A stretch of 64,000 bases of DNA from Callorhinchus milii (Eukaryota), in contig NW_024704742.1 of the NCBI RefSeq assembly GCF_018977255.1, positions 4,404,001 to 4,468,000 of the forward strand, given 5' to 3'. Positions 52,796 through 64,000 of the stretch are shown here, one piece after another. The notes beneath the pieces are model-generated. The model was not told where the DNA came from. It saw nothing but the letters and a program-made list of their open reading frames with translations, and made no database searches. Both the position numbers and the translations under genes were made by a program. The number at the start of each line of letters is the position of its first letter. Within the stretch, counting starts at the first letter, position 1.

Positions 52796-54789
52796 TGCAA
52801 GTTACAGTACTTACTCAGGCCTGTTCGAAGATTTATGAATGACAGGATAGCTCAGGTGCATCAAGGAACATCACTCAATAAAACACACGTTCTGCCAACT
52901 CTGGCTAGAAACTGGTGGGAAATGGAAACAACAACTGGAGACAAATATATCTTCAAACGATAATCTGTGACACAGCAATGTTTTGAGATAAGGATCAATG
53001 TGAAGCTATTGTTCAACGGTAGGGGATGGAACCATGGGCTTAAGTGGTCTATTCAATAATATTGAGCTGGATAAAAAAACTGATGCTCTATTTTAGGGAG
53101 GTGGGGAGGGGATTGATAGCTGAATCTCATTCAGCAATACTAATCTGGACTGTCAGCCAATGCTTCGTAAAAGATGCTTTAGTTATCAAAGCCAAGCCCA
53201 TCTTAGATTGTGTTGAACCGATGAGAGGCATTCGATATTATAATAATAATTATCTCTTGTGGAGGAAAGAGTTGGGAAGTCTGGTGAGCAGGGCGTTAGC
53301 ACAGTCAAGCCTGTACGTGATAAAAACATGGATAAATAATCATGTCTTCTGTGAAGGACAGCTTATTCTGATTAGAAAACATGTCAAATACATAGAATCT
53401 CTTCAAAAACAAACAATATCAAATCTCACTATAATATAATAATCCTTGCATTTGATATATATCACGTCTGTAAGACGCCTCAAAGCGCTTCACAGAATAT
53501 ACTGTAAAGTGCAGTGACTATGTATTTTGTGGGTAATCTGTTTAATATTTATTTATTTGTTATCTGGATATTTGTTTGAAACTACGTGCCCTTTTAGTGA
53601 TCAATTGGTGGGAAGTACGTAGTGAAACTACGGAAAACCTCAAAGGGGGTACAAAGTGCTGATGCAAAGGGGGTAAAAAAGTGTGTTATTTGCTGTGATA
53701 ACTATCAACTTTCAAAGTTTGATTAGAAACGTAAGAACATAGGAAATAATCCAGTATTCCTGAACTGGCACTGGAACTGCTGGGATCTGTGTGGCTGTCA
53801 GAGTCAAAGGCCCCGCTGGCCAACTCAACTTTTGGATGAAACTATTTCAAGGACATCAGGGAATGTTACAGGGCAGTCATCTTGCAGGACATCAACCGGA
53901 ATGGAATATCCCGTGATGTGATAATGATCACTGGTGCATTTTCACCCCAAAGTCACCGAGACTGAACCGTTGATTGTCAAAGAGAAGGAACGGAATAGTC
54001 ACTTAATGAAGAAGGTCATAACATTTTGAATATTTAGGAGATTCAGCTACGTCCACTGTTGCAGCTGGAGTCGGGATCCAAGTTGGTTACGTTATTTAGC
54101 GGCTCTGGAATATTCCGTTATTGTACAATTAAACAGTTCGAATCTACAATCTCGACCAGCCAAGAGGAACAAACAGAAAATTGTTAAATGGAAAGGAGAC
54201 AAAGAGCACCACTGACTATTTTACAGTTTTGCCTGAAAGGTCTGCAATAAAATGTTATTGCTTACATTGGAATAGACACCGCATTAAGATGCAATCGTTT
54301 TATCATCACCAACGTTTTTTTAATTATATAATTACATAATAATCAAAGTGCTATTATATTATATTTTTTATTATATAATAATCAAAGTGTTATATAGAAT
54401 TGCACAGATCATTGCAGCACAGAAATGAATTTATAATTAGAAATGTGCTTCCAAAATAAACAGTCAGTTCACTTTACAGTATGTCCGGTGAAGCACTTTG
54501 AGACGGCTCGAAGACGTGATAAGGTGCTATGTCAAATGCAAAGATTATTATTATTTTTATCATTATTGTTATCATCATAGAAATTACAATGTAGGAAGAG
54601 GCCATTCACCACATCAAACCTATGTTGCTCAGAGACTCTTATTAGGAAGTTAGAATGGACTGAGATTACCAGGCATTCATTTTATAAATAATAATCCTTC
54701 CATTTTTGATATATTGCCTTTTAAGTCAGGAGGAAGTTAAATATGTTAAATATGTTCTCAGATTTATGGTCTGAAATGATACTTCATCA

Positions 54790-54992
54790 AATGGAAATGT
54801 GTTTGTAAAACTCAAATAACTTGTAGAACAAAGTACGTGATGGAGAAGAGCATAGGGAGAAGGAATAAGGAGGAGAGAGGGAGGGATAAGGAGAGGGAAT
54901 AAGGAGGGATATAACTCATGTGGAGTACAGAGTGAACGAGTTGGACCAAATGGCCTGTTTCTGTGTTGTAATGATCTGTGCAATTCTATATA
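54790..54992 (+). mobile_element. CR1 LINE 3' end
   Basis: ttggaccaaatggcctgtttctgtgttgtaatgatctgtgcaattcta. Confidence 0.7.
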
Positions 54993-55489
54993 ATAACACG
55001 TTGATTATTTATAAGACATGTACATCTTTATAGCTGGGTTTGGAATCCAAGATTGTGAAATGTTTTCGAAGACTTCGGAACATAGGAAATTGCTCGACAA
55101 AATAAGACTAAGGTCCATCGAGTTCACCTTCTACCATCCTGGTAGTCACTTGCTTCAATAATAATGGAGATGTTACTAATCATGGCAATCAATCTCTATC
55201 GATTAGACTCAGGCATGAGGCGAGGAAAATCCAACAGCGGTGGAAAGCTATTGCGACCATAGTTTCAAAGTTACCTGTCTTAGCAGAATCCAAAAGTATA
55301 AAAAAGGAAGTTCTTGATCACTTGATTCATTGAGATTGACATTTGCATATTCAAAAACCTTGATGGAGAGAACCAAAATAAGGGAAGTGATCTTAAATTT
55401 AAAGCTAAACCCTTTAGAAAACATGTCTTCACCCGGAGAGTGATAATACTGTGGAATGGAGATTGTAGAAGATTATAGATAATAATAAT

Positions 55490-55745
55490 ACTACTACTAA
55501 TAATAATTCTTGCATTTGATATAGCGCTTTTCGCGTCTTCTAGACGTCTCAAAGCGCTTCACAGAATATACTGTAAAGTGAATTGACTGTATATATTTGT
55601 GGGCGAAACGTGGCAGCCAATTGCGCACAGCAGTGCCCCACAAACAGTCGTGGATTGAAGTGACCAATAGGTTATTGTTTTTTTTTCTTCGGGGATTATT
55701 ATCAGGCGTGTGGAGTAAGGAAACTTGCCCAACGTTTCGCCCTGC
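55490..55745 (-). mobile_element. tRNA-Ala SINE lacking its head
   Basis: Tail tgcatttgatatagcgc through ggcgtgtggagtaaggaaacttgcccaacgtttcgccc. Confidence 0.9.
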
Positions 55746-55907
55746 GTGACCAAACAAAGAATCTTGAGATGCTTTGGTCCAGGAGATATGCAACAGCCTT
55801 GGGATCCAGAAGGCAAGGCAACTCATGTTCTCAATTAGATATCATATTATATCCATTTTAAGGAATGTGAAAAGTTTGCAGCAACAAATGAAAGAGACCA
55901 GAGCAAC

Positions 55908-56095
55908 AATAATAATAATAATCCTTGCATTTGATATGGTGCCTTATCAAGTCTTTGGGACGTCTCAAAGCGCTTCGCAGTATATACTGCAAAGTGAACT
56001 GTGGATAGAGCACTCGCCTCGCAAATGAGAGACCTGGGTTCAATTCCCGGCAGGGCGAAACGTGGCAGCTAATTGCGTACAGCAGTGTCCCACAC
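55908..56095. mobile_element. Rearranged SINE (minus tail, plus head, minus body)
   Basis: Minus-strand tail to ~56000, then plus-strand head tagagcactcgcctcgc...gggcgaaacg, switching back to minus-strand body at gggcgaaacg|tggcagc. Confidence 0.75.
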
Positions 56096-57629
56096 ACAAA
56101 ATCTCTAGTATCTAGTATTTAAATGTTTTCATAGCCTACCATACCATTCAACAATTCAAAGAGTGTTATTGAGTTAGGCAGAAATTCAGTAAGATGTCAC
56201 TCTGGCAATTGATCGATTGATGATAGGTAGTCAATCAAATACAGTTGAGAACCGATTATCCAAATGAAATGGGCCTGCTGCTTTGCAGATAAGCAGACAG
56301 TCAGATGTCCTCTGAGATGTTCAAAATTACAGNTTTTTTTAAGGTAAATAGGGTGAAACTATTACCACTGGTTGGTGAATGGATAACCAGATGGTATAAA
56401 TTGGAGATCATTGGTAAAAGCACAAAGGGGAGGATAGGTGAATTTACAGGCAGGTTATTAGGATATGGAATGCCCTGCCAAAAACAGTGGTTGAAGCAGA
56501 ATCCATAATTGCTTTTAAAAGTTAATTAAATAAATATTTGAAATGGAAAAAACGTAAAAGGAAATTGGGGAAAGAGAAGGTTATTGACCTCCCGGTGTCG
56601 TGGTCAATAATCCCACATTTCATGACATTGCTGTGTGCAAATTCACTGCCGTGTTCACTTACAAGTACACACCCACTACACTTTATAGAAGAGCTCTCAA
56701 GTGCCACGTTATAGGTGCTATATCAATTGCAAAGATTATTATTGTTTCACCCACAAAATATTCAGTCAATTCACTCAACAGTATATCCTGTGAAGCGCTT
56801 TGAGACGTTGCGAAGATGTGATAAGGCGCTATATCAAATGCGAGGATTATTATTATTATTGTCTGTTACCTCGCCAGAATATGCAAGACACGATTTCAAA
56901 ATTATATTTGCTGCAACATTATTGTTAGAAACAGATAGATCACTATATTTGTTCTATCTGATTCTCTTCCTATAACACATCACATATCACTATCACATTC
57001 CAGTGACTAACGATATACAATCCTTTCCTATTTTCGCAGGATACCAGACCCAGGACTTGAGGGTTTGTAAGCAGCGTTCAGTGAAACGCTGGGATTTGAT
57101 TCCCCAGCTGAAGTAAGAGAAAAAGATTTTGAAAATTGGTTGTCAATCATACCGTGTGACTCCCACAAGGCTTTGCCTGGAGACAGAGGCCACCACCCCA
57201 CGGTCCAGTCCGCCAATCAATCTTTGCTGGAGAAGCCAAGCCAATAATTTGCATTTTCCCCCACTGTTAGTTCTTTCAACAAGAAGACAATTAGAAGTCT
57301 TAGGATTGGCTCAGTGCATTGCCCCCTAGTGTGCTGTCCTTTACTGGCCTGTACTCAGATACAATTGTGCACTACCAGACTGTACATAAAACTATTTTAA
57401 GAAAGCAGTCCTGCTCTCACTGCCCGCAGCCATCTCCTGGTATTATTGTCCCTGGCTTCTAAACGGCTGACGCCGACCGCAAGCCAATAGTTTCTGCTCC
57501 AAACAGGATGAGACCACAAGCACACAATGAAGTCCGCACATGCAGTAAACGCCATCAAGTGCGTGCCATTCCATTACTGCAGCCTGCATGGAATTTAAGG
57601 CTGGAAACTTTTATCGCCGCGTAAAGTTT

Positions 57630-57785
57630 TGGGAAATCCTCGTATTCAGCCTCAATTAGAAAACCGGGTTCCTGCAATTCTGAACATTTTATAATATTCT
57701 TGAATTGAGTGTTCATATTCGAAGAACTGTGGAAAGTTGGTTTTCAAATTAAGGGAAAATATAAGAATTTTCCAAATTTCCACAC
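57630..57785. repeat. MITE-like palindromic element related to 6098-6198
   Basis: gggaaatcctcgtattcagcctcaatt...aaattaagggaaaatataagaattttcca resembles both arms of the 6.1-kb element. Confidence 0.5.
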
Positions 57786-58097
57786 AATCTTGTATGGTCG
57801 TAAGACGAAAACCCCTGAGATAGTTTGAGTTTCATGTTGTTTAGAAATTGTATTCTCTCTCCTGAAGGCAATGACTCTTTTCTGGGGTATAGTTCCACAG
57901 TTTGCTGAAAGCTCCATTCTTCCTACGTAGTGAATGTTGGTCGACTCTTCAACTATAAGACGTATACATATCGTACATATTGCCCAGCCTGTCTACACAC
58001 CCTTACAGTAGAGGTCACCGGATAGCATTCAAGGAACAGAAACCCTAGATTCATGTTCCTGCTCCCTGGGCTAGGTATTGCTGAGGATAATTGCCAT

Positions 58098-58500
58098 AAT
58101 AATAATAATAATAAGTCTTGCATTTCATATTGTGAATTATCCCACAAAAATTCTCAAAGTGCGTCACAATGTTTTCTGTGAAGTGCAGTGACTGTGTATT
58201 TGTGGGCGAATACAGCCGCCAAATTTTAGACACAGCAACATCCCACAAACAGCCATGAAACAAATGACCAATTTTTTGGACCCTTTTTTTAATCTGGGGG
58301 ATGGTTAGCAGGGCCACAGGGAGAAACTCCCTTCTCTTTATCAGTAGTACCGTAGGAATAACAGCTCAATCAAAGGACAACATCTCCATCAATGCATCGC
58401 TCCCCCAGCACTGCACTTGAATCTCAGCCTAGATAATGAACTCAAGGCCCCGATGTGTGGTTTGATCCATGGTCTTCTGATTCAGAGGCAGGAATGCACG
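58098..58500 (-). mobile_element. Deu-domain SINE
   Basis: (aat)n tail, body, aatgcatcgctcccccagcactgcac...cagcctagat...tctgattcagaggc (head). Confidence 0.78.
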
Positions 58501-58927
58501 CTGTACATTCTCGCTACGGCCCTAGCTCAGTTTGAGTGTAATGCTCATTATGTAGACAAAACATGGACAGCTAATCTGTGCAAAAAAACAACTTGCCTTT
58601 TTTTAAAAGACGCTGTCGAGCTGAAATAGCTCCTATTGCTTCATGACTCCTCATTGACCAGTGTAGTAACTTTTTCTGAAGACAAATACAGAGGCCATGT
58701 TTCACACAGTAATATCCACAAATGGCCATTCGGTGAATGACAATTTAATTTGCAAGATTGCTTGCTAGGTCACTGGGATAAACTTTCTTTTTTTACATAG
58801 TGCCATGAGATCTTTAACGTCCACAAAAAGAACAGGCAAACAAGACCTCCGTTTAACATCTCAGCGAAAAGATGACAACATCTCATAAACAATAATGAGA
58901 TGAGGTGCCAATTAAAATGTAATAATA

Positions 58928-59395
58928 ATGGTACCAGGGATGAGAGACTTCAGTTATGTGAAGAGACTAGAGAAGCTGAAATTGTTCTCCATAGAGCAGA
59001 GAAGGTTAAGGGGAGATTTAATAGAGGTGTTCAAAATTATGAGGGGTTTTGATAGAGTAGATGGGGAGAAACTGTTTCCACTGGCAGGTGGGTCGGTAAC
59101 CAGGGGACATAGATTCAAGATAATTGGCAAAAGAACCAGAGGGGAGGTGAGGAGAAATGTTTTTACACAGAGAGTTGTTACGGTCTGGAACTCACTGCCT
59201 GAAAGGTTGTGGAAACAGATTCAATGCAACTTTCAAAAGGGAATTAGATAGGTACTTGAAGAGGAACACTTTGCAAGGATATGGGGAAAGAGCGGAGGAT
59301 TGGGACTGATTGGATAGTTCTTCCAAAGAGCTGGTACAGGCACGATGGACCGAATGGCCTCCTTCTGTGCTGCAATATTCTATGATTCTGTGATA
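58928..59395 (+). mobile_element. Young CR1 LINE 3' end
   Basis: MVPGMRDFSYVKRLEKLKLFSIEQRRLRGDLIEVFKIMRGFDRVD..TRGHRFKI..FTQRVVTVWNSLP; 3' end gaatggcctccttctgtgctgcaatattctatgattctg. Confidence 0.95.
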
Positions 59396-59643
59396 ATAAA
59401 GATTTTTTGAGTGAATTTGGAAGAAGTGGGTATTTTAGTCAGGACACATTACATTATATTAACATACAAATTTATAGGGAAGCAAAGGAAATTTAAAAAT
59501 AAAAATAAAAAATTAAAAAATAAAGGAATATGGAGAAAGGGAAATGAACAACAAATCATATATTTTTATAGAGTGAAAAGAGTGAAGAAAAGGGAAAGAA
59601 AATAGAAGACAGAGGGATAGGCAACTGGTCCAGGGAAGAGCTA

Positions 59644-59646
59644 ATG

Positions 59647-59679
<33 letters not shown>

Positions 59680-60480
59680 GTAATAATCCTTGCATTTGAT
59701 ATAGCACCTTATCAAGTCTTCGGGACGTCTCAAAGCGCTTCACAGAATATATCCCCGATTACCCCAATCCTGGCCAGACTGCACTGGCTGCCTGTCCCAG
59801 AGAGGATCGACTTCAAGATCCTCAACCTTGTCTTCAAATCCACTCCTCTGCACCCCCGACCTCTCTGACCTCCTCTCTCAAAACAGTGCCCATTGCCTTC
59901 GTTTCTCCGGGTCTGGCCTCCTCCTCGTCCCCCGAGTCCTCCGCTCCACCCTCAGCAGCTGTGCCTTCAGTCTCTATGCCCCGAGGCCCTAGAACTCCCT
60001 TCCTCACTCCCTTCCTATTTTCAGGTCTCTGCTGAAGACTTCTTTTTGACTGTGCCTTTGGTCACCTTCCCCCCCCACCTCCCCCTGGCTCGGTCCCGGG
60101 ATCCGTTACTGTGAAGCGGTCTGAGACGCCGTCCGGCGTGGAGGGTGCTATATAAATCCAAGTTGTTGTTGTTGTTGTAGACTGTAAAGTGAATTAACTG
60201 TACATTTTGTGGGCGAAACTCGGCAGCCAATTGCGCACAGCAGCGTCCCACAAACAGTCTCGGACTGAGTGACTAATTTATTATTATTTTTTTGAAGGGA
60301 TTGTTGCCCCCGGAAAAGCGATCCGCCAATCGACTACCAACCGTGTTTCTACTTACTGCTAGGTAAACAGAGGCGTGTGGAGTAAGGAAACTTGCCTAAT
60401 GTTTCGCCCCCTGCCTGGGAATCGAACCCAGGTCTCTCGCTTCCAAGGCGAGCGCTCTAACCACTGAGCTACAGGACTCC
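59644..60480 (-). mobile_element. Full-length tRNA-Ala SINE split by a nested L2
   Basis: Tail 59644-59750 and body plus head 60179-60480 rejoin at cacagaatata|ctgtaaagtg. Confidence 0.92.
59751..60178 (+). mobile_element. L2 LINE 3' end nested in a SINE in opposite orientation
   Basis: PITPILARLHWLPVPERIDFKILNLVFKS; stem-loop acgccgtccggcgt; (ttg)n tail. Confidence 0.93.
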
Positions 60481-61039
60481 AACAAGCTCATGCTAGGAAC
60501 CTAGGTTGAATTAGCACATGTGAAAAGCAACGTTTCGCTAAGTGAAGGAGCAGTTGTTATCAGGGCCTCCACTTGAGTTGTGCTTCTGATGCCACTGTCA
60601 CACAATAGCTCACTCATCTACTGCAGTCCTTAATACAGGACATGCCATTTCTCTCGCTCACACACACACACACTGTCTTTCAGATAAAGTTCTTCACCTT
60701 CAGCGGGGCCAAGAGCCCACCCACTGTTCTCAGTGCTGAAATGTGCCGGCAGAATTTACATCTCACCGCTCTACCCTATCTCGGCACCTCTCCTCCAGAA
60801 ATGCCCATTCACCTTCACACACCACGAATGGTGACAATTATCATGTTTATCCTTACACGTTAATCCTGAATGTTAGTCGAGAGCACCCATGCAGGATTAT
60901 AAAAAGTACTGTACGCTTTTGATCAAGCAGACATGGTCACTTAATTTTTTTTACACACACACACACACACATGTTTAACTATCAATGGATAAGAGGGAAG
61001 GAAAATCCGTCTCACCCTGGGGAGGTGGCATTCATTTTG

Positions 61040-61540
61040 ATAGCGTTACGGATGTCACCGAGTTGGTGAGGAAATGTGTAATCCGAGGAAGCAGCCAGCG
61101 GCTTAGAAAAAGATCTTGACAGAGTACGCACTTGGGCTGATCACTGACAAATGAAGTTCAATACAGATGAATGCAAGGTACTGCGTACAGGAAGTCAAAA
61201 AAATAGGACACACATGTACTCCACAGGCAGGACACAACTTGTCAAGGGGGAAACTGAGAAAGGCATGGACTGGACTCATCAATCACTTTGTCCAAACAGT
61301 GTGAAGCAGCAATAAACAAGGCAAACAGGATGCTGGGCTATACTGCCGCTTCAGTTGAGTTCAGATCCCTAGAGGTCTACAGTAGTCAGATGTAGGCACC
61401 TGGAATTCCGATCCCTGAAACATAAGGGAGAGAAACTCTGGAGGGTTGGGGAGCTTGCAGAGAAGAGCAATGAGGATGATTCCCAGTTACAAACGAGGTG
61501 TGACGATGATGAGACAAACTAGGACACTACAGACTTGTAA
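61040..61540 (+). mobile_element. CR1 LINE RT fragment
   Basis: KDLDRVRTWA..QMKFNTDECKVL..SKQCEAAINKANRMLGY motifs. Confidence 0.88.
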
Positions 61541-61546
61541 TTGAGT

Positions 61547-61930
61547 TCAATTCCAGGCAGAGGGCGAAACCTTGGGCAAGTTTCCTTACTCCACACACAG
61601 CCTAATAATAATCCCTCCAAAACAAAACAATAATAAATTGGTCATTTTCAATCCACGACTGTTTGTGGGACGCCCCTGCGCAATTGGCTGCCGTGTTTCG
61701 CCAACAAATATACAGTTAATTCACTTTACAGTCTATTCTGTAAAGCGCTTTGAGATGTCGAGAAGACGTGAAAAGCGCTATATCAAATGCAAGGATTATT
61801 ATTATTATCATTATCATTATTATTAAAGAAATAGTAATAATCCTTGCATTCGATACAGCGCCTTATCAGGCCTTTGAGACGTCTCAAAGCATTTTACAGA
61901 ATAGACTGTAAAGTGCATTGACTGTATATA
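61547..61930. mobile_element. Tail-to-tail SINE pair (plus copy 61547-61825, minus tail 61832-61930)
   Basis: Two SINE tails in inverted orientation separated only by (tta)n/(taa)n sequence. Confidence 0.88.
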
Positions 61931-64000
61931 TTATGAATGAAACGATGTCCTGGGATGGGGTGTGTGTGGTAATCATAGTAATATATCAAATTCTAATTGG
62001 GATTGAGGAGTGCAATCTTAGGGCAAACACAACAAAGTCTTTACACAGACAAAGACTTCCGCAACAGGTGAATAGGATGGGTGGCAGAGGTCAGTACACC
62101 ACCATTTAAGAAGCAGCTGATACTGCAATGGGAAGATGTACGATGGGAATTTACGATCAAGTCGGCCACTTAAACCTTTCTTATGATTTCTAATGTTTTG
62201 AATGGAAAACTACACAGACACAATGAAACTTGCAGCAAAATACTGATGTCTTTACAGCCCATATCCACGTGTCATGGTCTGCACAAGAGCAGCCACCTTT
62301 ACTTTGAAGAGCAGTGAGATGAACGGCTCAATTTAATCCATTGGGTGCAGCTTCTCAGCAAATGAGGGTTCGTTACAAAACATCCACAATTAAAATCTAT
62401 GAAGAAAAAGAAATAATTTACAAAGCGCTTCTTCACTAAGTATTCAATCCAGACCTGTTAACTCTAGAAAAGTACAGTACAGACAAACATTGGGCCCCAG
62501 TTGTTTGTCTGCTTCTCTGATTTGGGCACCACTGTATCTCCTTCAAGACATAAAAAAAAGTCAATGAAATGCAGTTTGGGGAACTTGTAAGATATGGAAG
62601 GATAGGGTTCGAGGGTCTGATCATCAGTATGTTTAAGGACCATGACTGGATGACCGGTTTACAAATGTTTCGAAATATACAGATCAGAGGAATTTCACAT
62701 ACGTCAAAGTCCATCCATTTGCCTCCAATTTGTGAACGACACTGATTCCTCATCGCTGTCATTATTATTATTATTGTTATTATTATTATTATTATTTTCC
62801 AGATTGGTGTAACACTGTTTGCGTATCTCAGACCTATGGAAGACAGGAATAGGACTATGTTTAGTATTCAGATGAGGAAGCAGCAGTCAGAGACTGGGAA
62901 TGGAATCTGAACAGTCTGTGGGTAGGGGAAGTGTTGGAGAAGTCTGTAACCTTTGTACCAACAACACCTTGACCTTTGGGTCAATTGGTTGAATTATAAA
63001 TAATAATAATAATAATCCTTATATATTTTACATACATTGTAAAGTGTAGTAACTGTATATTTTGCAGTCACACATCTGAATAAGAAAATCACTTGAATTG
63101 TATTTGTCGAATTAGGAGCGTTTCAAGTCAATCAAATTAATATTTCCAGGTACTTTCATGAATGAATGTCTGAAAAAAATGCATTTTAACACACTGTAGT
63201 GAGGAACTAAGTGGCAAAGCTGTAGTTTATAGCTTTTGATCTGTATGGTAATGTAAAGCATCACCCTGTACTAAACGACAGAGAGGAAGAATAAAGATAG
63301 CTGTACAAATACAAAAGGTCATCTATAGGATTCCTCTTAAATTATTGGAATATATTACAACTCCAGAGCTCTACTGATGAGAACTATCATCGTTTTAACA
63401 GACAAAGCACTTTAATTAAGGAATCCGGAAGTACATTCCTTAATTAAGGAATCCTGTTTGAAATCATAATGTTTTCGACCCCATTGCCTCAATTTAACTC
63501 AGTTTTTGAAGTACCCTCTGGGTTAGGAAAAGTGCTCAAATAGCACGATTGGTGTCTAGTCACAGACAAAAATTAAATGCCTCACAACATAAAACTAGGC
63601 TTTCTGTGGGAAAGCATTGCCCATCACACGCACTTGCAGGACACAGGCTGTGAGTTGATCTTCGGTTGGAGCTGAGGTCTCACAAGGCTGTTTGCCGTCC
63701 AGGGGTTTTGCTGTGGAAAACGTTTATAACACACGGCAACTTTTAATGCTAACACAGAGGTTGTTTCCGCTTGACTCAGTGTCTGGCAATAACAGGAGGA
63801 TTAGATACGTGCTTGACAAGAACAACAATACACGTTGCATTTGATATAGCGCCTTTCGTGTCAGGGAGCGGCATTCAAGCACTTCACGGGAATTACTGTA
63901 ATGTGTAGTGACTGTTTTTTTTGTAGGCAAACTTCAATGCTCAGCAACCAAACAGCTGTACATTTAAGCAACCCCAAGGCAAAAATGTTCTACCGCTTCT

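Overview
Eukaryotic, repeat-dense, apparently gene-free (intronic or intergenic) vertebrate DNA. The repeat content points to a cartilaginous fish, most likely a holocephalan such as elephant shark; this is inference from SINE/LINE sequence recall, not a database hit. I found no credible host protein-coding exon series, RNA gene, CRISPR array or prokaryotic feature, and nearly all listed ORFs are translations of repeats or chance frames. The window holds many copies of a tRNA-Ala-headed SINE with a CORE-like body and an L2-type (TTA)n tail, older Deu-domain SINEs with the same 3' module, 5'-truncated L2 and CR1 LINEs with nested insertions, micro/minisatellites, a small palindromic MITE-like family and an unclassified 4-copy repeat. 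The most notable observations are: (1) a decayed R2/NeSL-type (restriction-like endonuclease) non-LTR retrotransposon at ~41.5-42.5 kb with no rDNA flanks; (2) a hammerhead-ribozyme-core relic inside a Penelope-type inverted repeat at ~24.4 kb; (3) a covarying 3' stem-loop shared by the L2 LINEs and SINEs, including a SINE with an L2-identical tail; (4) several repeat-free blocks with enhancer-like motif clusters and a candidate 32-nt microexon. I cannot support a wholly new biological system from this sequence alone. Repeat boundaries were read by eye and are approximate.
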